Notes under the pieces: model-generated
Told to the model about the DNA's origin: nothing
The model's input: the letters and a program-made list of their open reading frames with translations, nothing else
Database searches by the model: none
Assembly (NCBI GenBank): GCA_951406725.2
Contig: OX597823.1
Span: 118,110,001-118,174,000 of the forward strand
Direction: 5' to 3'
DNA from: Octopus vulgaris
Lineage: Eukaryota
Length of the DNA stretch: 64,000 nucleotides
Program-made: the position numbers and the translations under genes
Shown: piece by piece, positions 1-12,512 of the stretch
Numbering within the stretch: the stretch's first letter is position 1
Layout of the letters: each line of letters starts with the position of its first letter

Positions 1-1099
1 TCATTGCAGTGTAAGCTGTGACTGTCCTACAAAACTAAAGTAGGATTTGTGTTAGTTTTAAGTGTTGACTTAAATAATTGGAAAAGTTACTTGCAATTGA
101 ATATCAAAGGAATGTATTATTCACTAACATCATGAAAACTGAAAACAAGTACCACTACCCAAATGAACTACACAAGCATGGGAAGCAACAGAAATATGTA
201 CAGACATGCATAAATATACAAGACTTTTTTTAGTTGTGTGGTTAGTGGTAGGGCATTTTGTAAAAAAATGCAAAGCTTTTCTAAAATTTAAAATGTAGCT
301 CTTCACTGTTGTTATTTAAATTCCAGTAATACAGCATTGTTTCTTTGAAACTAAATTCTTCTCTAAAGGCAGAATTCAAATAAACGAAAAAAGGAAGCTA
401 ACACACTCATATTCACACACATGCATACATAGAGATATGTGTATATATATATATGTGTGTGTATGTATATGCATGTGCACATAGGCCCACACACACATGA
501 AGCCAGTGACAGAGACTATGTGGCCACTTGACTAGTTAGAAATAGCAGCTAAATTTTCCTCAAATTGTGCCCTACCTTAAGGGAAAATACTGGATTCTGT
601 TTTATATTTACAAAATGATGGGATGGTCATATCTGAATCCTTGATCATAAATCTGCTCAGTTCAAGTTTATGTATATGTGTGTATTTGTGCATATATAAA
701 CAATGGTGTCAGTTCAAAGACAAGTGTATAGTGATGACTGAATGTTAATTATCCCTCTTTAATGAATTTATTATTCAAACTATATATGAATAGAAATATT
801 TACTCTTTTAAATGATGTAAATTTGAATACAAGAATTTTAAATTAGCCTAATGCAATTGTTGTCAGTGTTAATAATGCCATAATAATGAATGCCTTTTTA
901 TTTAAGAACATTTAAAGCATATCTTTTTCTCAATAAATTGGAACACAAGCATAAAAGATCAAAAGAATAAAATTTTATGGTACTAATACTTGATTGAATA
1001 CTTGAAATTCTCAACACAGAATCTTATATACAAAAAATTGAATTATTCGAAGCATTAATATTTTTCCCCCTTTTTTTTTCGTGATACAAATTATGCAAT

Positions 1100-1650
1100 G
1101 CATTCATTTTCCTGGATTTCTTCAGTTGAGTTATCATGTCAATCCGTTTTGCATAAGTTTTCTATTAGATTTAAGGCGAAAGATTGTACTGACCACTGCA
1201 ACAGTTGGATTTCCTTGCTTTTGATAAATTCTTCGATTTTCTGTGATATGCTTCAAGTTGAACTAATCCAAATGACTCTTGACATGTATGGAAGTAAAGT
1301 CTTTTCTGAGATTTTCAGATAGGCTGTGCTAACCATGATGCCCTTGATCTGATGTATGTGACTGATCCTCTTTTCCAAACATGCAGCTTCAATTCATGAC
1401 ATTGTTACTTCCATGTTTATCTCTGAAACTGATGCCTTCTGGATAAAACTCTTCCTGTATGATATCAGATCATCAGAGCTGAATAAATTTCAACTTTGTC
1501 TGACTAATTATCAAAGGCGGTGAATTGGAAATCATGAAAGACAGATGACAAGGCACAGCATGCAGTCTGCTAGTGCAAAGATGACTAAACTGTTTAAAGG
1601 AGTATAAATCCCAACAAGTTTTCCATAGATCATGATCTTCCATCTGTACA
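1100..1650 (-). pseudogene. Degenerate Tc1/mariner-like transposase remnant
   Basis: The minus strand near 1157-1250 reads QKIEEFIKSKEIQLLQWSVQSFALNLIENL, resembling the Tc1 motif WPSQSPDLNPIENLW. Many stops and frameshifts; no TIRs identified. Confidence 0.45.
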
Positions 1651-1816
1651 AAAAGGACACTGAAAATTAAAACAAAGAACACATTCTTTTTAGACACTAA
1701 CAAAATGAAAAATCAGGAAGGGAGTTAATTTGTTACTGGAGAACTAAATTAACTGGAAATTGGTGAATGGTTTACAGCAGTAAACTACTGGCAGTTTTTT
1801 TTTCCAGTGTGCCAGG

Positions 1817-2203
1817 TACTCTTTTACTTGTTTCAGCCATTTGACTGCAGCCATGCTCGAGCACCACCTTTAGTTGAGCAAATCGACCCCAGGATTTATT
1901 CTTTGTACTTATTCTATCAGTCTTTTTTGCCAAACTGCTAACTTACTGGGACATAAATACACCAGCATCAGTTGTCAAGCGATGTTGGGGGGACAAACAC
2001 ACACACACACACATATATATATATACATATACATATATACGACAGGCTTCTTTCAGTTTCCATCTACCAAATCCACTCACAAGGCTTTGGTCAGCCCGAG
2101 GCTATAGTAGAAGACACTTGCCCAAGGTGTCACACAGTTGGACTGAACCCGGAACCATGTGGTTCGTAAGCAAGCTACTTACCACACAGCCACTCCTGCG
2201 CCT
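1817..2203 (-). mobile_element. tRNA-derived SINE, family A
   Basis: Minus-strand head ggcgcaggagtggctgtgtggtaag...ggttcagtcc has A/B-box-like motifs, with an internal (CA/TA)n tract. Homologous copies lie at about 15590, 51960, 58085 and 62790. Confidence 0.8.
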
Positions 2204-2876
2204 ATACTGCTAATATTTCTTAGTAATATTAATTTATACTGGAAACAATATATATAATGAATATAATAAAAGTTGACAATTTTTTGTATTTTATATTTAT
2301 TTTGTAAGCAAATAATACAATATTACATAAGCATTTTATAATGTTTCTTTCTTTTCTGGAAACTCGCTGTGTACCGGCAGCTGATGGCTTGTAGACTGGT
2401 CCTGGTCCACAGACCATTACTTTGAGTAGCACTGGTTTACAGTATTCTAAAATGAATTAATTTCACATGATGTATATATACTTTTGAAATGGGTACAAAA
2501 TACAGTTGTAAGGTTTATAAATTATAAACCAGCAAAGATAATTTTCTTAACAAATTGAAATCATATATGCATTATATTGTAGAACAGAAAAGCACTTTAT
2601 CTGAAGACTTTATTCAGATGAATCTATGAATAATAACATAACCCTTAGTTGCCAGCATAGACAACACACAAATGAATAAATTCATACAGTGAAACTCAGC
2701 AATGCTTGTTAATCCTCATGAACAAGTTTCTTTATTATCATTTAGAGAAAATGCAAAAAAATGAATCTGATCTTTTACTAAAATAATGTAGTCATTTGTT
2801 TGATCAGTCCATTTTTAGAAATTTTCTTATAGGTAACAAGGAATTCATTGGGTCAATCTAAACAGTTTATAGTAAA

Positions 2877-4523
2877 CTAGCATTATGACCCGTCGTTGCT
2901 GGGTCATAGTGCTAATGCATGTATATATGTGTACATATTACATGTACATCTATATATATATATAACGGGAAGCTTTATGAAAATAAACAAAAGACGAAGG
3001 CAGGTGGAATACAAACAAACAATTGTACTAGTATGGCGCTCAGGAATATAAATAAAACAAGTCTTTTACGTTTCGAGCCTACGCTCTTCAACAGAAAGAT
3101 ACACAGAAAAGAAACACGGAGAGAAACGAGAGAAAAAAATGCGTGTATATATATATACATCTACACATAAAATACAAAATACAAAGTTATATCTTGATAT
3201 CGCTAGTGATAACAATACTCAAAATATATAACAAACTGGAATTGTAAGCCCGTCTCTTGCAATTTCAATCAATTGTATCTTGTCCTCCCTCTTGTATAGA
3301 AGTGTGGCTACAATCCATCCTACCTCTACTTCTGGGGGGACATTTTTAATTTTTATCCAGCACGTCCTACGTCCCTGATATAAAGGTGAAAATAAAATAT
3401 TTCCACTTTGCAAGGTTCAAATCGAGTACTCCCTTGCACGCTCCGTTGACTCGAACCTTGCTTCTATTGTGGCGAATTTACCGCCTCTGGTTAGATATCT
3501 TTCATAGTCGCACCAAGACACTTTTCGATGGTGCTTTCCTCCAGGTGTTCAAATCTTTTTTTTTCTCTCTACATTGTATACTTTATAGTCAATAGTCTTT
3601 TCTTTAATTTAATTTTTTATTTCGTTTGGTGGTGTTATCCTAGATTCACCGTCTTTGTCGGTGATCAATCCGAAATAGGTTTGTATTTCTTCCATTTTAA
3701 TTTTAATGAGTTCGCGCCCGCCGACAGCTGCAGTGAAATTCATTTTTGGACTTTCTTCTATCGAAGGCATTCTAACAAAAATGCTTCCATGTAAACGGTG
3801 AGAATATTGTCAATTTCCCCAAACAGGGACACAATTCAATTTTTAAACAATAACTAAAGCTCCTTCTCCCAAAGGGGGAGGGTTACAGTTTACAATTATT
3901 TAACAAATGCAACACAACAGCATTTCCCTTATGAGGAACCAACAAACGTGATAACAATAGTTAAACAGTAATAATAATAACAACAAACCTTACGGTGAAT
4001 CAAAAAGCAGTACGCAGTTGAAGCTATAGTCCTTTATGTATAATAGTCCATCTGGACTATTCCATTTCTGCATGCTAATTTTATTTTTAATTTATTCCCA
4101 TTCATGTGAAACCACTTATTCAAGTTCAAGTCATTGATGCAATTTTATACCAATTGCTATTTTTACTTTTGTTATGTTACGATTATATTATACTTTAGTT
4201 TGATTTTAATTATTACTTACTACATATAATTCAATTGTTATTATTATCTCTAATTTTTATTGTTAAAGTGAAAGTATCTGACATAAAATAGAGAAATGTT
4301 TTTGTTTCACTTTTAACACGTAATACTGAAATAGTGGAGAAGATATGATATTGTTATGGGCTTGCCCTAAGCAAGAAGTTGAACATTTTTTTTGCCCATG
4401 AAACTACATGGCCCCAAAGTAAGGCATGTGTAAAATTTGAATGAAATTGGTTGTGTAGTTCTCAAGTTTTAGGGAAACACACAGACAGACAGACACACAT
4501 TCTCAGTTTTATATATATAGAGA
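2877..4523 (-). mobile_element. Non-autonomous Helitron-like element
   Basis: The minus strand begins 5'-TC (4523) followed by (TA)n and TGTC repeats. It ends in a GC-rich hairpin plus CTAG (2877-2880) and sits between A and T. The termini are shared with 44135-44495. Confidence 0.6.
3062..3099 (-). ncRNA. Degenerate minimal hammerhead ribozyme motif (Penelope pLTR-type)
   Basis: Minus strand UCUUU CUGUUGA A GAGC-GUAG-GCUC GAAAC GUA AAAGA. Core A6 is changed to U, so it is probably inactive. Confidence 0.5.
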
Positions 4524-5551
4524 TGATTTTCACAACACCTCTATCTTTATGTTCTGAGTTCAAATTCTGCAAAGGTTGACTTTACCTTTCATCCTTTTGG
4601 AGTTGATAAAACAAGTATCTGTTGAACATGGGGGTCGATGTAATCAACTATCCTCTCCCCAGAAATTGCTGGCCTTGTGCCAAAATTTAAAATCAATATT
4701 GATACTTTCTGGATTATTAACACGTTCTAGTAATCTACTGGAATTGTTTATGTTAAATATCTTTTCAATACCTTGTCACTTAATAAAGGAAATCTTGAGG
4801 ATTATCATTATTAATATTGTTGGTGTTATTTTTATTAATGTTTTAATAGATTTGTTTTATGCACTGTATAATCTTTGTATTGATTGTATGGCAAGTGTAA
4901 AGTTTGCAAATACATTACTTTTATCACACACACACACACACTTTATTTGTGTTCATATATTATGTATACTGACTTTCCACATCTATATACTTTGTATATA
5001 AATATATAGTGTATTTCTTTGCTTCTCCATATACTGATAGTCTTATGTGTGTAAGTGTGTTGGTAAAAGACAACCGTATTTGTGATTATTGACATTCAGT
5101 TGTCACCTGATATATGCAAGAAATTGATTGAAATCAAACCTTTCCACTATTCGATCACATTGATTTATCAGCTACTGCTGTACATACAAAATTAGAACAG
5201 CATGATTGGTTATGACTTGGAAGTTGGTAATATTTATTGTCCACAGAACAAGTAGATACCTGCTTGTGTGCTGACATTTTCCTTCCATACCATAACTAGA
5301 TATTAGGTCAGTGGTCAATTTGAATTTTTGTTTTTAAATATTTAAGAAGGTTGGTGTACATGCAGCAATCATACAATTGTTGTTTATCCTGGGTTAGCTT
5401 TGATCAAACATTCCAGCCATGACCATCCCATCTTATTTTTCATTCAATATATTCAGGTTTATAGTTAAAAACAAAACACAAAAAAAAAACTTACTCAAGG
5501 TGATAAAGTAGATATGTGTCTAACATCTGATCTCTCTTGAATCTAGAGATG

Positions 5552-5692
5552 TGTAATATATAACCAGTAAATCCTGGTTCAAAGAAACTAATTTTTAGTC
5601 ATAGTCTTGTACGTTATTCCGAATGGCTGTTCTCTCTCTTCCTCTTCCCATCAAATGCACATGCTCTTTATATCAACGTTATTTGCATAACA
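5552..5692 (-). repeat. 3' LTR (141 bp)
   Basis: Direct repeat of 8814-8938. Starts TG, ends CA, and abuts the PPT. Confidence 0.95.
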
Positions 5693-5949
5693 TTCACTTC
5701 TTCCTAGAAAAAGAAGGAAAAGAGAATCATAGATCAAGCCTTTCCGGGGCTTTCTGAATCCTTTGTGATCGACGCAGCTGAGGGGATTCTTCTTTTTGTT
5801 CTTGATGGTTATCTCTAGAAGGAAGAGAAATTTCAGTTGGCTCTCTGCCTGGCTCTTGTGGGTTAGGTTATCAGTTGGGTTAATCTTCCCTGGTGATGCC
5901 AATTGTTTTGTGGGTACTGTGGTTTCACAACCATCTGGGTAACACATGA

Positions 5950-7870
5950 GCGTATTGAGGATTGGCTTCGATTAAATCAACTTGCTCCACATTAAGGTCA
6001 TACTTGTTAGTGCGATTGTTCCTTTGAACAAGTGCAGTTCCTGGGTTAAGAAGCCATGTTGGCATAGATGTTCCTGTTGCTGAACGTCTTTGATAGTTAA
6101 AAAGACGTTCATGAGGAATTCCTACATATTTGTTTCATGTTTTCTAATGAATATGGAAGATTTCTACTGCGAATGAAATGATGTAAGCATACTACACCAG
6201 GACGGCACAGTGCTGCATGTAACTCATAAAGTGAATGTGAACTAATTGCTGAGCAGCGTACCCTTGTGAATGCATCTAGAGCGATGTTGCTGGATCTTGG
6301 GTGATAGTGAATATCATATGAGTTTGGAGATAACGCAATGTGCCATCTCATAATTTTATCATTTTCAATTTTGCTCGTTGCTTTATAATTATACATGAAT
6401 GCAACAGAACATTGATTAGTAATTAATGTAAAATGTCTACCTAGGAGAAAGTGTCTCCAATGATGAATTGATTCGATAATTGCTTGGGCTTCCTTTTCAA
6501 CTGAGGAGTGGTACTGTTCGCTACCTTGCAGCGTGTGAGAATGGAATGCGACTGGTCTTCCATCTTGACTTAGTGTCGCAGATATGGCAAAATCCGAAGC
6601 ATCCATCTCAATAGTAAATAGAATGTTCTCATCTATTGCTTGAATGGCAGCATTGGCTAGTTCTACTTTTAATGACTCAAATGCTTTTACTTGTTGGCTG
6701 TTTAGAGGAAATTTTGATAGGTTATTTAGAAGATATATTTTGTCTGAAAATTTGGAGATCCACTTAGCATAATAAGAAAACATACCGACTATATGTTTTA
6801 ATGATTTCTGGTCAGTTGGTGTAGGAAGATTGAAGAGTGGAGCAAGCCTTTCTAGGTCAGGGCTGAGGGTATTGTGTGAGATACGGTATCCAAGAAAGTC
6901 AAGAGTTGTTGAGTAAACGCATTTGTTTTCATTCATGGTAAGCCTTTCACTTTTTGCTGCCATTTCAAATTTTTCTAAATTTTATCGTAGTCATTGATCT
7001 TTCCCACATATGATTAAATTGTCTATGAATGGGAATGTATCTCGCAGCTTGAATTTAGTGACGAAGTCATCCATTATATGTTGGAAACATGCGCTGCCGT
7101 TAGTTACTCTGAATGGCATCCTAGTAAAATGCCATAATTTACCATCAGCTTCAAAGGCAGTGAATTGATGGTCGTTCTCTGATAGAGGAATCTGATGGTG
7201 TGCCAAATGTAAGTCTATAGTTTTGTAGACTTTATACTTGGCGATAGTGTTCACTAACTCATCAATTTTAGGAAAAGTATAGGCATCAAGCTGTGTATAT
7301 TTGTTAATCGTCTCTGAGTAGTCAATCACCATTCTTCGCCTTTTTTTTTGTTGAACTACTAACACTTGCAATCTCCAAGGGGAGTACTAGGTTCAATAAT
7401 ATTCGCATCTGCTAAGTGGTGTACTTCTGTCCTGATGAACTGTCGATCACGTTCTGAGTAATTTCGTAATTTGGCTGCAATAGGTTTACAGTCCTCTCTG
7501 AGATGAGCAAATAGCTTTGGAGGATCAGTTTTCATAGCTGTTAGTGCAGTAAATGTTAATGGTGGTCTCTGTCCTCCGTATTGTATGGTAATACTTTCAT
7601 GCCATTCTGGAAGTCAGTACTCAGAATTAGGTCAGTGCACAAGTTTCTGAGCATGTACAGTTTCACCTGGTAGTACTTCTGATTATTCAGGGTTAGTGAA
7701 ACAGTGCGGTGTCCCTTGGATTCCACAGAAAGAGATGCAGAAGCCATACCAGTGACGTTCTTCAATTTGACGTCTTGATGTTGAGTGTGTTCACTAGCTT
7801 CTCACTGATGAAGCTCTTATCAGTGCTACCACTGTCAATTAATGCTTCAGCTTTATAGCTATTGTTCAGT
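5950..7870 (-). pseudogene. pol: Gypsy pol (protease, RT, RNase H, truncated integrase), disrupted
   Basis: Protease ALIDSGSTDKSF (about 7810-7850). RT RMVIDY...FTRMPF...FIDNL (6991-7371). RNase H DASDFAISATL...EKEAQAI (6109-6963). Integrase N-terminal HHCC start and C-terminal HERLFNYQRRS are present but the DDE core is absent. Frameshifts throughout. Confidence 0.9.
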
Positions 7871-7949
7871 ATAACCATGGAGGTTATTCAGAAGGGTGAA
7901 CCTGCTGATGCTGATACTGCCAATGGCAAATCATATTTACCGTCATCCT

Positions 7950-8748
7950 GTGTTACAGTTGCTGCATTGCTCCTACATAGTTTTCCAGAATGCCCTATTT
8001 TTTGGCATTTGTGACAGACTGCTTTCCGTGCAGGGCAGTGAGTCCGCGGGTGTTTGGAATAGACTCAAAACCAACATTGAGAGGGGTCTCCTTTTCGGGT
8101 CATGGCAGAGTGTTTTCCTTCCTGCTTTGGGGAATCTACTGGCTTAGCTACAATGGGTGCAGTTGGACTGAAGTTGGCACACTCAGAGTTTAGAAAGACA
8201 CTGGAACTCTGTTGTGCCACATCTAGTGAACGTGCTTGATCATAGGCTGTACTGAGGTTGACACTTTTGTTTTCTAATGGTCTTTGTTGTATTTGATTCA
8301 AAGTGAGCCCATTTATAAATGCATCTCGAATCATTTCAGACCAGTACTGCTCAGCACTCACTGCAACAAAGTCACAGTCTTTCGCTAATATTTTGAGTTC
8401 GCTTAAAAACTGATCTAGAGATTCCCCTGGTTTCTGTTTTCTTGTGGCTGAAAGATGGTGTGCCATTATGATGTTCTTTGGTTTAATGTACACACTCTTT
8501 AGTGTATTCACAGCCTGTTCGTAGATCTTAGCTTCACTGATGAATTCGTATACGTTGGGTTCCACATAATTAATCAAAAGATTGAGTTTATTGATAATCC
8601 TACCTTCCTGCTCTGGTAGTGAGTCTATAAAGTTGGTGAAAGTTCTAAACCAGTGATTAAAAGTTTTATCAGCATTTGTAGAATTTGGGTCTACATTCAA
8701 TCTGTCAGGTTTCAAGTATCTTTCCATAGCGTTCACATATTTTCGCAA
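7950..8748 (-). pseudogene. gag: Gypsy gag with zinc knuckle, one premature stop
   Basis: ORF 8065-8748 (RKQKPGESLDQFLSELKILAKDC...IRDAFINGL). It continues past the TGA in frame as HPRTHCPARKAVCHKCQKIGHSGKLC, a CCHC knuckle. Confidence 0.88.
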
Positions 8749-8813
8749 ATTTCTCTATAGACTGCTCTGCAACTTTTCCCAATTGTGTATTTCCAGAAAT
8801 TAGTTTCTTTGAT

Positions 8814-8938
8814 TGTAATGTATAACCAGTAAATCCTGGTTCAAAGAAACTAATTTTTAGTCATAGTCCTGGCCGTTCTCTCTCTTCCTCTTCCTGTTGA
8901 ATGTGTATGCTCTTTATATCAACATTATTTGCATAACA
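8814..8938 (-). repeat. 5' LTR (125 bp)
   Basis: Matches 5552-5692 except for a 16-bp indel and about 11 transitions. Confidence 0.95.
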
Positions 8939-10148
8939 AGATGGATTGATGGAATAATAGATTACATTATATCCAGGGATTACCTTCTTGTAATGAAGTA
9001 GATTGCAAATATATTGGGCTTTGCAGGATTTGAACTTGGTGCACTTAGCTAGCATTTCACTTTTGTCACTCGGTCAATAGAGTCACTGCAACTCTAGAAT
9101 TCCACTGATTCATGAAATATATTGGAGAAATTGGATGAGGGGAGTCAGGTTTATATTTTAAAGAAGTGGCATTAATTAAAGTGTTGTGGATTAATAGTTT
9201 GAGAAAACCAATGTTTACCTCTTATTCTTAAATTTTTCTGCTGCCATTGAAAATAACAGTTGCAGCAGAAGGTATTGAGAAAAGGTTCCAATATCGTACT
9301 TTTATTACAATTCCTGATATAGAGAGAGATGGCTGAAATGGAGTCATTGATTCCTGTTTGTGCATAAGCATGCATGTGTGTGTGACAATGTTAATAAGAA
9401 GCAATCTTTGTTTTATTTTAATTTATTTGGTTTGTGTGACATAATGACTCATATGGATTAAAGTGTCATCATCTCTTGGGAGAGGATGTTAGTCTACTGC
9501 AGGCTAACTCCCCAAAACAGAGAGTTCTGATTTTATTTGCAACTGAGCTGAAGATGAACTTTTGCAACCTTTACAATCTATAATACATTAAAAGTCAGAC
9601 TGAATCTTGCTTGCTTGCTTGAGTGCTTGCAATGTTATCCAGTCAAACTGGCGCAAAATGGGAAAATACTGTGACTTAAGTTCCCTTGAAATGTAAATAT
9701 GAATGGAATGAAACAAATTTTGCGTAAATTGGATAAATCGTGAAGATATTAAAGGTTTTTCAGATATAAATACCCAAAACGGTGCATAATGGGAAAAGTC
9801 TCTGAAATTAACTTAATTATGAATGAAAGTAACTCTTACCCTTCAATTAGACAGTGACTTGACAACGAAAAAATACAGTTTTTTTTTTTTACAGTAAATA
9901 ATCATTTAGAGATATTTATACGTGAATGTGATTTCAAAACTGTAAGTTGTTTGTACAGTAAGTATTTATATTTTAGCTTTCTTTTAACAGACAATATTTT
10001 AATGTTTTTTAAAATTATTTTCAAGTGAATAACATTACAAAATTTTTTTTTGGCATAAATATTTCATAAAAGACCTGTTCATACCCTTGATGTGAAATCA
10101 TTTTTTTCCATAGTTTTTTTTCGAGTGCATTCAATGTATCTCATTTCC

Positions 10149-10267
10149 AAAGATTTGGCTGCTATTTCTAGTATGCCCTGCTACCACGTAACTGCTATTT
10201 GCAATAAAGGACCCAAAATACCTGTTACGTGGTAGCAGGGCGTGCAAGAAATAGCAGCCAAATCTTT
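10149..10267. repeat. Inverted repeat, arms about 44 bp
   Basis: aaagatttggctgctatttct...ctgctaccacgtaac pairs with gttacgtggtagcag...agaaatagcagccaaatcttt across a spacer of about 30 bp. Confidence 0.8.
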
Positions 10268-11719
10268 CCTTTTCTGGGGAAAGGTGCTGCTTATGCGTGA
10301 TTTCGATGTCACATTTGTTGAAAGCATGCAAAATAACCTGGTAAAGAAGAAAAAAAAACCATGAAACAAAACTCCGTTGCTGGGAAACTCAGACTTTCCC
10401 TGTGACCCAATGGATCATGGGTAGTCTAGTAGTACATTAAGATGGCTTTGTGTCTGTGTATTACTTTGACCTGAATTAATAAAACACACCTTCTAAGCTT
10501 CATTGAATTGCCAACTTTATTTCATTATATGGAGTGATTCTTGCTTTATCTAGTTATTCTATTTTACTTCAATTTTCATTGATTGCTCTTTTCCTCTTTC
10601 TCAGAGAGTATTGGCAAAGCTTTTCAAACTACATTATGATGGCAACCTATCTAGGAAATTGATTAATCCAAATTAAACTGACTTATCAAAGTCTAAAGAA
10701 GACGATCTCTTTAGTGTTCGTTACCACAATAAATACACACACATACATAACCAACCATATTTGTAGTAGTAAATTTTGTATTCCATGAGTTACATAGACC
10801 CAGATACTGTATCTAAACAGATCAAGAGCAATCATTTAATATTGAAGCAAATATCACAACTGCTGTACAGCCTTTATGCAGCTGTTGTATTTTCCTTGTT
10901 GAAAAATGTTCTCGTTCTTAGTTAATGGTTCAGTGGTTTGTAATTGTCATTGCATTGTTGTGCTTATTCACAGCTGTTATATTTCAAATCCTTGCTACAG
11001 TCATTATGTTGAACATTGTCACAAATGAGTAATCTTGTATACGTAGATTGTCTTGTGTTAAAACTTAATGAGGATACATAACCAGGAAGAGCACTATTAC
11101 AGTTTGTAGTCTACTATATATGAGTCACAAGCTCTCAGATTTAGGTGTAGACACTATAAGTGTTCTCTTATGAGCAAAATGGATGTTACTTTGACACTCA
11201 TTGCCCTAATTATACATTATACCATGCATATTGTTTTAGTTTAAAACCAAAGTTAAATGAGAGCTAGTTATTAAGAAGCAGGCCAGCATTTCCTAACTTT
11301 TTTTATTCCTGGGTAAGCCTTGGAATACATTCCATATCTTAAAGAAATCCTACATAAAAATTACTATATATTCTTATTAAATCTTTTCTTCCTCTTTCAT
11401 AAAATTAGTTAAATGGTTAAACAAGCCACAAAACTATCTTTGAAAGTTTGGCATTGGCTTGGCATTGGTAAATCTGTTTGGAAGTTTAGCATTGGCTTTG
11501 CATTGGTAAATTTGTTAGATGCTGTCAAGAAGGTTTAAGAGATTTCATTTTAACTGTGATTTTGTTAAAACTAAATTCCCTTACAATTCTCTATAAAGAG
11601 GTCATTTTTCCCTTAAGGTTTCTTTGCCTTATAATGCTAGTATTTCAAATGTATCATATGTATATAGTAAAATTACAAATATAAAATTAAACACAAGATA
11701 TAACTCAAAATGCATTTAA

Positions 11720-12512
11720 CCTATTTAAAGCTTCTACCTCTGTTGATAAGTAAGGGCTTCTCCCTCAGAGTGAAAGGTAGATTGTACGATGCCTGTGTAT
11801 GTGCAGCTATGTTACATGCAGTAAAACATGGGCTTCGACTACAGAGGATTTGCAAAGGCTTGAAGAAATGAAGCTAGCATGCTCTGCTGGATGGGTAATA
11901 TCAGTGTGCATGCACAATAGAGTATAAATGATTTAAGAGGAAAACTGGGTATAAGAGACATCAGATTTTGTGTGCAAGAGAGAAGACTGCGCTGGTTTGG
12001 TGATATGATGCATATGGATGAGGGCAGCTGCATAAAGAAGTACCAAGCTCTAATTATGGAGGAAACCTATGAAAGGAGTAGACCCAAGAAGATGTTGGAC
12101 AAAGTTGTGAGAGAGGATCTTTGGATGCTGTGCCTCACTGAGGAAATGACAGGGGACCAGGAGATGTGGCAATTTGCTGTACTTGATAAGAAATGTTAAG
12201 CTAAGTAAAATCACTGTCTGCCACATGTACAGGCTTGTCCTTTCAGGTGCTGGTGCCACATAAAAAGCACCTGTGTCAGTGCTGCATAAACGCACCTGTG
12301 CCAGTGCTGTATAAACACACCCATGCCAATGGCACATAAAAAGCACCCAGTACATCTTGTCAAGTGGTTGGTGTTAGAAAGGGTATCCAGTTGTAGAAAC
12401 CATGCCACAACAAACAGTTGGAGTCTGGACAATTCCCAGCTGGCTAGCTCCATGTCAAACCATCCAACCCATGCCAGCATGGAAAATAGACATCAAACGA
12501 TGATGATGATGA
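11720..12512 (+). mobile_element. RTE-like LINE 3' fragment with (GAT)n tail
   Basis: Degenerate ORF2 C-terminus (QERRLRWFGDMMHM...RSRPKK), followed by a 3' UTR ending in gatgatgatg. Confidence 0.7.

Larger units (their letters stand above)
5552..8938 (-). mobile_element. Ty3/Gypsy LTR retrotransposon, full boundaries, internally deleted and non-autonomous
   Basis: TG...CA LTRs at 5552-5692 and 8814-8938, identical 5-bp TSD AGATG (5547-5551 and 8939-8943), polypurine tract at 5693-5705 on the minus strand, and gag-PR-RT-RH-IN order. Confidence 0.95.
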
